NCBI GenBank assembly: GCA_041661345.1
Contig: JBAZUO010000002.1
Coordinates: 6,447-70,446 of the forward strand
From: Candidatus Omnitrophota bacterium
Lineage (GTDB): Bacteria; Omnitrophota; Gorgyraeia; 2-01-FULL-45-10
Direction: 5' to 3'
Length of the DNA stretch: 64,000 nucleotides
Shown: positions 28,059 to 36,510 of the stretch, piece after piece
Layout of the letters: each line of letters starts with the position of its first letter
Position numbering within the stretch: position 1 is the stretch's first letter
Translations under genes and position numbers: made by a program
Notes under the pieces: generated by a model
The model's input: only the letters and a program-made list of their open reading frames with translations
What the model was told of the DNA's origin: nothing
The model's database searches: none

Positions 28059-28409
28059 ATGATGATCAGGATGAATAGGAAAGGCTTTACGCTCGTTGAA
28101 ATTATGATAGTAGTCGCAATTATTGGTTTACTCGCGGCGATAGCCATTCCGAACTTCGTCAGGGCAAGAACAAGAGCTCAACAGGAAGCTTGTATAGCTA
28201 ACCTGAAGCAGATTGAAGGCGCGATACAGGTTTGGGCCGTAGATACGGGTCAGGCCGAGACCGCGACTCCTGCTTGGAGTGCGTTGACTCCTACTTATAT
28301 TAGGACGAAACCGAGTTGTCCGTCAGCGGGAGCTACCGCTTATGACACACTCCCGGCTGTTAGTGGAAGGCCGACTTGCTCTGCCGGTGGAACACACGTT
28401 CTGCCATAA
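28059..28409 (+). CDS. prepilin-type major pilin (PilA / GspG-like)
   Basis: Class III signal MMIRMNRKG|FTLVEIMIVVAIIGLLAAIAIPNF with Glu at +5. 116 aa with C-terminal Cys pairs. It has its own promoter and a strong terminator. Confidence 0.9.
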   Translation: MMIRMNRKGFTLVEIMIVVAIIGLLAAIAIPNFVRARTRAQQEACIANLKQIEGAIQVWAVDTGQAETATPAWSALTPTYIRTKPSCPSAGATAYDTLPAVSGRPTCSAGGTHVLP

Positions 28410-28447
28410 GGCGAGGTTTGGTATGACTGCATAATTTCTGCAGCTTG

Positions 28448-28486
28448 CCCCGCGTTTTCTTTAGGAAAGCGCGGGGTTTTTATTTT
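28448..28486 (+). terminator. Rho-independent terminator after the major pilin gene
   Basis: CCCCGCGTTTTC (28448-28459), loop TTTAG, GAAAGCGCGGGG (28465-28476), then TTTTTATTTT. Confidence 0.85.
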
Positions 28487-28502
28487 AAGAGTACCGAATA
28501 GC

Positions 28503-28531
28503 TTGACAAAGCGCCCTTTATGTGATAAATT
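28503..28531 (+). promoter_or_regulatory. sigma70-type promoter (extended -10) of the minor pilin operon
   Basis: TTGACA (28503-28508), 17-nt spacer ending in TGa, TAAATT (28526-28531). Confidence 0.55.
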
Positions 28532-28562
28532 TATATAAATATTATATATTATATTTATATAA
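28531..28562. promoter_or_regulatory. perfect 12-bp AT-only inverted repeat between the -10 and the SD of the minor pilin operon
   Basis: TTATATAAATAT (28531-28542), 8 nt, ATATTTATATAA (28551-28562), followed directly by AAGGGG and ATG 28569. Confidence 0.5.
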
Positions 28563-28568
28563 GGGGTC

Positions 28569-28925
28569 ATGACAATAACTTCCCGTAGAGGTTTTACGCT
28601 AGTCGAAATAATGATCATAGTTGCCATCATTGCAATAACGCTTTCTATCGCCGTCCCCAATTATCTGACGATCAGCAAAATATCAAAGCGCACCGTTTGT
28701 ATAAATAACATCAAGAAAATACTGGGGGCAGTGGAACAGTACGTGATCGAAAATAATATCAGCGTAGGCACCGCACTTTCCTCTACTCAGGAAGATGAAG
28801 TGTATTCGAAATACTTAAGGGGTGGGGTTCCGGTATGCCCATCGGGCGGGGAATATACCATAGAGACGATCGGATCCAATCCGCAGGTCAGCTGCTCAAA
28901 GGAAGAAGATGGACATACGCTTTAA
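28569..28925 (+). CDS. prepilin-type N-terminal cleavage/methylation domain protein (minor pilin)
   Basis: MTITSRRG|FTLVEIMIIVAIIAITLSIAVPNY. Confidence 0.85.
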   Translation: MTITSRRGFTLVEIMIIVAIIAITLSIAVPNYLTISKISKRTVCINNIKKILGAVEQYVIENNISVGTALSSTQEDEVYSKYLRGGVPVCPSGGEYTIETIGSNPQVSCSKEEDGHTL

Positions 28926-28926
28926 T

Positions 28927-29376
28927 ATGAGTTCAACTAACCGGAGAGGTTTAACGCTGGTCGAAAGCGTGGTCAGTATATTTATACTGACCATCGTGTT
29001 GATCGGTTTATTAAGCACATTCTACGTGGCTAAATCAACATCATCGCATGCAAAACATAGAATGGCCGCGATAAACATTCTGCAGGTGTATATTGAGCAG
29101 GAAGTCCTGGCCGGGTATGATGGCGGCGGAGGAACGACAGGTAATTATTTCGTTACGGTAACATCCGCAAGTCCTGTCGCTGTAGTTATGGATGAAAATT
29201 TAAACGGCGCGATAACGCCGGATCCCTATTTTCCGGATAATATTAAGAGTGCGGATGGAACTCTGCTGACGTATAAAGGCATACCGTATAAAATAGTCGG
29301 ATTTGTCGTAAGCTGGACTGAAAAAAATGGTCAGGCTTGCTCTGAAAGGGCATGTTGTTATGTATCCTATCATTAG
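28927..29376 (+). CDS. prepilin-type minor pilin (GspI/PilV-like)
   Basis: MSSTNRRG|LTLVESVVSIFILTIVLIGLL. I prefer ATG 28927, just after the upstream stop, over the track start 28909. Confidence 0.8.
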   Translation: MSSTNRRGLTLVESVVSIFILTIVLIGLLSTFYVAKSTSSHAKHRMAAINILQVYIEQEVLAGYDGGGGTTGNYFVTVTSASPVAVVMDENLNGAITPDPYFPDNIKSADGTLLTYKGIPYKIVGFVVSWTEKNGQACSERACCYVSYH

Positions 29377-29377
29377 G

Positions 29378-29962
29378 ATGAGAGGCCGAAAAGGTTTTAC
29401 GCTTGTTGAAATCATGGTGGCCACATTCATAACTTTGTATACCCTGATGGCGGCATGGTCCTCATATATCATGTTCTGGACGTGGTGGCATGAGACGAGC
29501 CCTGAAGTTGAGGCTCAGAGGATGGCCAGGATCACCATATCAGCGATTGTAAATGGTAAAATAGATCCGACGGCCGGGACTTATACCATCGGAACCACGA
29601 CATTTCATAGGCGAAATGGTATAGCACAAGCTACGATGGAGCCATCATTTCCTTCAACGCAAGCTATAAATTTTGGATTGGAACCGGACACCGCGAATGT
29701 AAGGTCGTATTATCTCGGGGTGGATCCCGAGACGAATCATAACGTCGTATATTACAAAGACAGCACTAGTACCGTTAGTAAAATAGATTCAACAATCGGG
29801 ATAACGGATTTGACATTCACGAACGTTTTCAATGGGTCGATAACGACCAACATGATCACGGTTACCGTTACCGTGGACAGGGATGTGATCGATATGGGCG
29901 GTAGAACGCGCACCATACATGTTGTTTATAGTCAACTGGTCTTCTTAAGGAATGTCTCGTAA
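29378..29962 (+). CDS. prepilin-type minor pilin (GspJ/PilW-like)
   Basis: MRGRKG|FTLVEIMVATFITLYTLMAAW. Alternative starts are 29360 and 29327. Confidence 0.8.
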   Translation: MRGRKGFTLVEIMVATFITLYTLMAAWSSYIMFWTWWHETSPEVEAQRMARITISAIVNGKIDPTAGTYTIGTTTFHRRNGIAQATMEPSFPSTQAINFGLEPDTANVRSYYLGVDPETNHNVVYYKDSTSTVSKIDSTIGITDLTFTNVFNGSITTNMITVTVTVDRDVIDMGGRTRTIHVVYSQLVFLRNVS

Positions 29963-31325
29963 AATGAAAAATAAAAAAGGTTTTATACTTGTAATAACGA
30001 CGGCCTTCATTGCATCCCTTCTTGTGGTGGCATTAGCCATCATAGGGATGAGTTGCGGAGAGATTATCCAAACCAGGGTTTACAACGATCAGTCGACCGC
30101 CTATTATGTAGCGCGGTCCGGGGCTGAGATGATGTACAACTACCTTAAAGCCAAGGAGGGCGAAACTATAACATGGCCTCAATCGATGCCGTCGGGGGAT
30201 AGCGTTGTCAGGACTCGCGGCAGCGGCGGAACGATCGTAGGCAATTTTGTGGCAACAGCGGATACAATTTCATCGAATATGTTTGGCATCGTATCAACCG
30301 GCTCCGTCAATGGCAGGACCGCCAAAGTCACCGTTAAATACGGTTGCGATGCGGCATTTGAAAATGGCCGCCCGATCGGGTGTGCCGGCGCCATGTCGCT
30401 TAAAGGAGCCGGCTGGTGGATCTTCAAATCATATGTCCGGGCTGAGGGGCCGCTCGCGAGCGGCTCTGCGATAACATCGAATAATTTCGTCCAGATATCG
30501 GGTACTACCCTGCAGAATCAGACCTTTGAACCGACGAATTTTTGGTGGAAATATAATTCGGCTACAGGTACTTGCAGCACTCCTAAGGCAGTCGGTGATA
30601 CAAACGGCGATAATGCTTATCTGACAGATGCAAATGGTGATGGTAGTATAACGCTTGCGGACGCGGGCGAAAATATTGCGGCGCAGGAAGCCTTTATTAA
30701 CGATGATATCAATAGCGACGGCGTGGTAAACAACAAAGACGCGTTCATTTCTTATTATACGGTTGAGCTCAATCACCAGGGGCTGAATATAGGGAAGAAC
30801 GAGACGCGCTATTACGGCAGTAGCCAGAGTTTTAATTACAATAGTATCCCGACCGGAGTTCCTATAGTATTTGTGAATGGTGATGTTAACATAAGTTTTA
30901 ACAGCACGGCGTGGTGGGCGCAGAATAGTAATAACACCATAGTTGCGACAGGTGATATCAATATAGCTCAACCGACGAATACCGCCGGAAACACGTTAAC
31001 GCTGATATCTTATGGTGATGTGAATACAGGCGGGGTCAATTTTTTCGGCGGAATTAGCGGGAATCTGGTGGTATGTTCGGTGGGGGATTTTAATGCCTAC
31101 TATGGCGGGAAATCGAATGGCGCGATATTTTCCAATGGACAAGTCAATATCGACACCGTGTACCCTATCTCGGGCTTACTCAACCGTGATATTAAAAAGG
31201 GAACGACTAATTGGAGTGATTCCACTAACTGGCCGTTAGGCCTTCCTCAGAATTATGGCAGTTGGCCTTTAAAGTTTGCCATAAAGGCCGATAGCGTCGT
31301 TAAACCGATATGGCAAAGGGAATAA
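29952..31325 (+). CDS. large PilX/GspK-like minor pilin with EF-hand/dockerin-type Ca loops and a beta-helix-like C-terminus
   Basis: KNKKG|FILVITTAF lacks Glu+5. It has a PilX_N-like STAYYVARSGAE and the loops DANGDGSITLAD and DINSDGVVNNKD. The C-terminus has repeats GDVNISF, GDINIAQ, GDVNTGG. Alternative ATG at 29964. Confidence 0.7.
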   Translation: MSRKMKNKKGFILVITTAFIASLLVVALAIIGMSCGEIIQTRVYNDQSTAYYVARSGAEMMYNYLKAKEGETITWPQSMPSGDSVVRTRGSGGTIVGNFVATADTISSNMFGIVSTGSVNGRTAKVTVKYGCDAAFENGRPIGCAGAMSLKGAGWWIFKSYVRAEGPLASGSAITSNNFVQISGTTLQNQTFEPTNFWWKYNSATGTCSTPKAVGDTNGDNAYLTDANGDGSITLADAGENIAAQEAFINDDINSDGVVNNKDAFISYYTVELNHQGLNIGKNETRYYGSSQSFNYNSIPTGVPIVFVNGDVNISFNSTAWWAQNSNNTIVATGDINIAQPTNTAGNTLTLISYGDVNTGGVNFFGGISGNLVVCSVGDFNAYYGGKSNGAIFSNGQVNIDTVYPISGLLNRDIKKGTTNWSDSTNWPLGLPQNYGSWPLKFAIKADSVVKPIWQRE

Positions 31326-31333
31326 ATGATTAA

Positions 31334-31825
31334 ATGAAAAAGAATATCAGGAAATATATAATTACAGCAATTACAGTAGCCGCGGTTGTTATAGTTTTTT
31401 TCTTAGCCGGAAAGCACGGGCGATATGCTGTAAATAAGTTTGAAATAAAAAAGATATCGCATCCGATATTACCCAGAAGCGAAGTGCCTGAGCGTGTTAT
31501 CTATAGTATCAATGATGTGAAAAAACCTTTGGCGGATGGACCCGCGGAAAAGGTCAATGACCTTGAGTCGATGTATAAAAAATATCCCAAAGAACGCGCC
31601 GGTATAAACATGATAGAGGAATGGTCGAAGGTGAAGCCCGAAGACAAGGCCGAGATGGCTAAAGGCATCACGGGAGCCATAAAAGAATCGGAAGAGAAGC
31701 TGATGGAGAACCCGGATGACAAACGCGCGAAGTCGAAATTGATCATATCGCAGATGCTGCAAAAATTGATGGCCAGCAATTTTAATTACAAGATTAAAGA
31801 GCAAGAGGCGGGCGATGGCAGATAA
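31334..31825 (+). CDS. hypothetical membrane-anchored charged protein in the pilus locus
   Basis: N-terminal TM segment IITAITVAAVVIVFFLA followed by a K/E-rich region. I recognise no family. Confidence 0.5.
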   Translation: MKKNIRKYIITAITVAAVVIVFFLAGKHGRYAVNKFEIKKISHPILPRSEVPERVIYSINDVKKPLADGPAEKVNDLESMYKKYPKERAGINMIEEWSKVKPEDKAEMAKGITGAIKESEEKLMENPDDKRAKSKLIISQMLQKLMASNFNYKIKEQEAGDGR

Positions 31826-32816
31826 CAAGGCCGCCAGGGTGGGCCTGGATATAGGCACGGACGCTGTTAAGATAGTCGCGGCCTCCTCCGCGGCCGATAA
31901 GACTACGCTCATAGCCCTTGGTATGAAAGATATACGCGGTGTGTCACGCCAGGAACTGCCGGAAGTCATAAAACAGCTTGCAGCAACCGCCAAAATATCA
32001 CAAAAGGATGTAAACATATCTATCTCGGGCTCATCGGTGATAGCGAGATTCATAACGATGCCGAAGATGGACAAGGAGGCCTTAAAGGGCGCAATAAGGT
32101 TCGAGGCCGAGAAATTTATACCGTTCGATATAAATGACTGCATGGTGGATTTTCAGGTGATGGAGAGGGATAAGGCCGAAAATAAGCTTAACATACTTCT
32201 CGTAGCGGCTAAAAAAGAGGTTGTCCTGGAAAAGATAAAAATCGCGGAAGCGGCCGGATTTTCTGTACGGTTAGTGGACGTAGACGGTTTCGCGCTGGCC
32301 AACAGTTTTTTTAAGAATTTTCCTGCTCTCGAGCCGGACAAGGCATGCGCCCTTCTGAATATAGGCGCAACTTTTACGAACCTATGCATACTAAAAGGCG
32401 GTTCGCTTTATTTTTCAAGGGACGTGGCTTTGGGCACCAACGAATTCTCGACTTCGATCGCAAAAAAATTAAATGTGGATCGAAAGGCCGCGGACGAACT
32501 ATCGGTGTCTGCCGGGCCCAAGGCCGCGGAAGTAACGGATTGTATGAAAACGGTTTTTGGCAATCTTCTCGAAGAGGTCAAGCTCTCTTTTAATTATTAT
32601 GAAAATCAGGGCGGCAAGAATATAGATGAAGTATATATATCGGGTGGAGGCGGCAGCCTCTTAAGTATAGCCGAGGTATTCGCGGAGTCCTTGGGATCGA
32701 AGCCATCTATCTGGAAACCGCTTGAGTTTATGGGTAAGCCGGCTGCAGGTATCGATGGAGAGCTTTTGGCGCACGAAAGTTTCTTTGCGATAGCGGCCGG
32801 CCTTGCGTTGAGATAA
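31815..32816 (+). CDS. pilM: type IV pilus assembly protein PilM (actin-like)
   Basis: VGLDIGTDAVKIVA, an FtsA/PilM-like fold, and YISGGGGSL. Confidence 0.88.
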   Translation: MADNKAARVGLDIGTDAVKIVAASSAADKTTLIALGMKDIRGVSRQELPEVIKQLAATAKISQKDVNISISGSSVIARFITMPKMDKEALKGAIRFEAEKFIPFDINDCMVDFQVMERDKAENKLNILLVAAKKEVVLEKIKIAEAAGFSVRLVDVDGFALANSFFKNFPALEPDKACALLNIGATFTNLCILKGGSLYFSRDVALGTNEFSTSIAKKLNVDRKAADELSVSAGPKAAEVTDCMKTVFGNLLEEVKLSFNYYENQGGKNIDEVYISGGGGSLLSIAEVFAESLGSKPSIWKPLEFMGKPAAGIDGELLAHESFFAIAAGLALR

Positions 32817-32820
32817 CTAT

Positions 32821-33528
32821 ATGATAGAGATTAATTTACTACCGGAAGAGTACAGGAAGAAAGAGCCTAAGTTCAAGTCGATAGATTTTGGCGGCTTTAA
32901 CATCGCGGGAATACTGCCGAAAAAGCTGCCGCTTGCCAAAATAGGCATTGTAGCAGCTATCGCGCTAGTATCTTTTCATCTGATATTATTGGCAATAGGA
33001 ATAAACAGCAAAACGTCATTCGGCTCTCTTTCAAAGAAATACGATTTGCTCCTTCCGCAAAAAAAGGAAGCGGATTTGCGTAAAACCGATCTTGAGTTGA
33101 TAAATAAAAAGGTGAGCGCTATAGACGGGCTGATGGTAAAGCGTTTCAGTTGGGCCAGGAAACTTAACAGCTTAAGCGATTGCATGACTCCCGGCATCTG
33201 GCTTAACGATTTATCATACGAAGAGAAGGAAGGCGATAGGGTCGTCATGGTCAACACCAAGCCGCAGAACGGCAAGACCAAAAAAACCGGCTCCAAGGCT
33301 GTCGCGGAGAAGGTTGTTTTACGATATCTGACTTTGTCCGGGTATGCTTCGAGTATGGGCGAGCAGGGCACGGCATTGATAGGTAAGTTTATAAAGAGCC
33401 TGAAGGATAACAGTCAATTCTTTTCCGATTTCAGTGAAATAAAACTCGACTCCATCAAGAGTGAAAAATTTATGGATCAAGAAGTCATGAATTTCAAGAT
33501 CACCTGTCAATTTAAGGAAAGCGAATAA
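32821..33528 (+). CDS. pilN: PilN-like pilus alignment protein
   Basis: N-terminal MIEINLLPEEYR motif, one TM segment, and its position after pilM. Confidence 0.75.
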   Translation: MIEINLLPEEYRKKEPKFKSIDFGGFNIAGILPKKLPLAKIGIVAAIALVSFHLILLAIGINSKTSFGSLSKKYDLLLPQKKEADLRKTDLELINKKVSAIDGLMVKRFSWARKLNSLSDCMTPGIWLNDLSYEEKEGDRVVMVNTKPQNGKTKKTGSKAVAEKVVLRYLTLSGYASSMGEQGTALIGKFIKSLKDNSQFFSDFSEIKLDSIKSEKFMDQEVMNFKITCQFKESE

Positions 33529-33544
33529 TAGGGGTAGCAGAAGA

Positions 33545-34117
33545 ATGGCATTGCAAATAGACATAAAGAATCCGAAACAGCAGATGATGATATTGATGGC
33601 GCTCGGTGTAGTCTTAGGCGTAGTGCTTTACTTTAGCCTGCTGCTTAAGCCCCAGGTCTTTGGTGTTTTTAACATAGCTGTAAAAAATAACAAGATGAAG
33701 GGCGATCTTAAGAGTATCGAAGGTGATATTTCGAACATAGAGAGATATAAGAAGGATATAGCGAGTTACAAAGATAAGGTTGATAAATATGAACGCATGC
33801 TACCGGCTGAACAGGAAATACCAAGCCTTCTGGAAACCCTCTCAAGTATGGCAAGGGGGTCGGGCGTTAAAATTGTAGGCATAATGCCGGTGCCGGTAAA
33901 AGAAAGCAAGGTTAAAGACGAGCAGATATATCAGGAGATACCTATTCTTATAAGTGCTAAGTCCGGCTATCATGAACTCGGGAGCTTTCTGGCAAACCTT
34001 GAAAATTCAGACAGATTTATGAAGGTCGTGGACATAGGTATCAAATCAAATAAACTGACGCCGAAAAAACATGATGTCGAACTTCTGGTGTTGACATATA
34101 TACTTCTGAAAAGGTGA
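33545..34117 (+). CDS. pilO: PilO-like pilus alignment protein
   Basis: One TM segment, a coiled coil, and IPSLLETLSSMARGSGVKIVGIMP. It lies between pilN and pilP/Q. Confidence 0.72.
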   Translation: MALQIDIKNPKQQMMILMALGVVLGVVLYFSLLLKPQVFGVFNIAVKNNKMKGDLKSIEGDISNIERYKKDIASYKDKVDKYERMLPAEQEIPSLLETLSSMARGSGVKIVGIMPVPVKESKVKDEQIYQEIPILISAKSGYHELGSFLANLENSDRFMKVVDIGIKSNKLTPKKHDVELLVLTYILLKR

Positions 34118-34120
34118 ACA

Positions 34121-34486
34121 GTGAAAAGAACAATTCTTACATGCTTGCTGATTTGCTTAGGTATGGTCCCGATGGCCGAATCCCAAATTTTTAGATACGA
34201 GTCCCACGGTAAGCGCGATCCGTTTGTGCCGCTGATCGGCCAGGACAAGGCCGCGGCAGCGGGATTGATAGACGTAACCTCCGTCGAAGATATAAAGATC
34301 GAAGGTATCGCCGTAAGGGCGGACGGTAAAAGGACGGCGATCATAAACGGCGAGCTGATGAAAGAAAATGATAAGGTAGGAGAGGTCGAGGTGGTAAAGA
34401 TCGATCCGAGATCAGTAACTATTTTGATAAGCGGTAAAGAGTTTAAGGTAAAATTGCCCGAAGAAGGAGGATCAAAGAGTGAATAA
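34121..34486 (+). CDS. pilP: PilP-like small periplasmic protein
   Basis: Signal-like N-terminus, a KRDPFVPL motif, and its position directly upstream of the secretin. GTG start. Confidence 0.6.
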   Translation: MKRTILTCLLICLGMVPMAESQIFRYESHGKRDPFVPLIGQDKAAAAGLIDVTSVEDIKIEGIAVRADGKRTAIINGELMKENDKVGEVEVVKIDPRSVTILISGKEFKVKLPEEGGSKSE

Positions 34487-36188
34487 AAGGTTTAGGGCCT
34501 CAGTCATTTTGATAACGATACTATCATTTAGTTTATCGACGATATTTTCGGGTTACTCTATGGCACAGGATAAGAAGGAAGCCGTGCAGCAAGAAACGGT
34601 GAACGCATCAGCGGCCGTGCCGACAGCAGAAAAGGCCACGCCTCCGGTTCAGGCATCTGCCGAGCCTGCAACCGAACCTGCAAAAGAGGCCGGCGGCGAG
34701 CCTCAGGTGGTGGTGACTGTTCCTGAAGTTCCGGAAAAGGCCGACGAACCTAAAGAAGAGGCCGCTCCGCTGGTTGAAGCTGGTAATATAACCGTAAACT
34801 TTAAAGGCGCCGATATCAAGACGGTCCTTGCCTATATATCCGAGGTCTCAAACGTAGATATCGTGCCGGCGCCCGATGTGAAGGGTGTAGTGGACTTAAA
34901 GCTTACAAATAAACCCTGGAAGGTAGCCCTCGACATAATTTTAAGAAATTACGGTTTTGCCTATGAGAGGGAAGGCGACATCATAAGAGTGGTGACCGTT
35001 AATCAGCTGAAGCAGGAAGAATTGACCAGCCAGGCGTTCAATCTTAATTACAGCAAATCTAAAGACGTAGTGGAATCGATAAAGAACATTGTGAGTGAAA
35101 AGGGCAAGGCGGCATACGACGATAGGACAAACACTATAATAGTTACCGATATACCGACCAATATTTACAAGATAAGCCAGATAATCACAAGGCTCGATCG
35201 GCAAACCAAACAAGTTTTGATAGAGGCCAGAGTTATAGAGACCGTTCTTGACGATAGTGAAAAACTTGGCATAGACTGGAATGTCAAATTCTCGGCATCC
35301 GGCGCTAAGAGGCCTACGACTTTCCCATTTGACCAGGTATCGGTACCTGCCGGGCTTACACACTATTTTCCTCAGGTCCAGACCAATACTGACACGACTG
35401 TTGCCGACACTGGCGGTGGCGCGACGGGATCTTCGGTAGTGTCTGCCGCTGTCTTTCCTAATACATATGGAGGGTCGCAAGCCTTTCCGTATGCTACTTC
35501 TACCGACTTCCAATATGGAACTCTTGATTTTTCAGAGTTTAAAGCTGTGTTGGAAATGATAAAATCAAGGTCAAATACGGATATCGTATCCAATCCAAGG
35601 ATCGCTACTCTTGACAATAAGGAAGCTATTATCAACGTAGGTCAGACGCTCAACATGCCGAAGTATGAGAGGAATTCTTCGACCGGCAAGATGGAAATAA
35701 CCGGCTATGAACCGAAGATCCTCGGTGTCCTGTTAAAGGTCACTCCGCATATCAATGATAATAACGAGATAGTGGTGGACCTCCAGCCGGAGATAAGCGA
35801 CCTATTAAGATATGATACCCTTGACAAATCCAGTGGAGTAGTCGCGCCGGTTTTTTCCAATCGATTTGCCAAGACCCAGGCTATGATAAAAGACGGCCAG
35901 ACCATATTTATAGGCGGCCTTATAAAAGAGAACGATGTCGATACGAAGACGAAACTGCCGTTTATAGGAGATATGCTTGGAGACGTTCCATATCTGGGGC
36001 TGCTTTTTACAAAGAAGTCGAAAACGAAACAGAAGACAGAGATGATATTTTTCGTTACGGTAAATTTGATGGCCGATGGCAAGGATATAAAGGGTTCACC
36101 TAAGGCGGATAAGGCGCTGAATCCGGCGTATACTATAACTCAAGAACCCGATCCGGGTGTCAAAAAGAAAGTTAAAAAGAGGCAATAG
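34479..36188 (+). CDS. pilQ: type IV pilus secretin PilQ
   Basis: Signal peptide, a P/A/E-rich linker, and N0-like NVDIVPAPDVKGVVDLKL. The secretin C-domain has QVLIEARVIE and LPFIGDMLGDVPYLGLLF. Confidence 0.92.
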   Translation: MNKRFRASVILITILSFSLSTIFSGYSMAQDKKEAVQQETVNASAAVPTAEKATPPVQASAEPATEPAKEAGGEPQVVVTVPEVPEKADEPKEEAAPLVEAGNITVNFKGADIKTVLAYISEVSNVDIVPAPDVKGVVDLKLTNKPWKVALDIILRNYGFAYEREGDIIRVVTVNQLKQEELTSQAFNLNYSKSKDVVESIKNIVSEKGKAAYDDRTNTIIVTDIPTNIYKISQIITRLDRQTKQVLIEARVIETVLDDSEKLGIDWNVKFSASGAKRPTTFPFDQVSVPAGLTHYFPQVQTNTDTTVADTGGGATGSSVVSAAVFPNTYGGSQAFPYATSTDFQYGTLDFSEFKAVLEMIKSRSNTDIVSNPRIATLDNKEAIINVGQTLNMPKYERNSSTGKMEITGYEPKILGVLLKVTPHINDNNEIVVDLQPEISDLLRYDTLDKSSGVVAPVFSNRFAKTQAMIKDGQTIFIGGLIKENDVDTKTKLPFIGDMLGDVPYLGLLFTKKSKTKQKTEMIFFVTVNLMADGKDIKGSPKADKALNPAYTITQEPDPGVKKKVKKRQ

Positions 36189-36510
36189 CCTGATCGCGCA
36201 TGTTTTTAATAGTAAGCTTAAAATAATTTTTCAAAAAAGCGGCTTGTTGCGTTTCATATCGCACTTGGACCTGGTTCGGCTGTTTCAGAGAGCGTCCAGA
36301 CGTTCCGGCCTGCCTGTGACAATGACGAAAGGTTTTAGCCCGCGTCTTAAAATAAGTATATCCAGAGCGCTGAAACTTGGAGTGGAGAGCGATCACGAGG
36401 AAGCGATATTTAGCATGGATGAGCCTGTCAAACCTCATGATTTTATAAAGGCTATAAACGAAAAATTACCGGTTGGCGTTCTGGTAACCAGCGCAGAAGG
36501 GATGAATTGA
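36157..36510 (+). CDS. TIGR03936/DUF2344-like radical-SAM-associated protein, about half the usual length
   Basis: LRFISHLDLVRLFQRASRRSGLPVTMTKGFSPRLKISISRALKLGVES. The 5' end overlaps pilQ by 32 nt, and the stop overlaps the rng start. Confidence 0.7.
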   Translation: MSKRKLKRGNSLIAHVFNSKLKIIFQKSGLLRFISHLDLVRLFQRASRRSGLPVTMTKGFSPRLKISISRALKLGVESDHEEAIFSMDEPVKPHDFIKAINEKLPVGVLVTSAEGMN

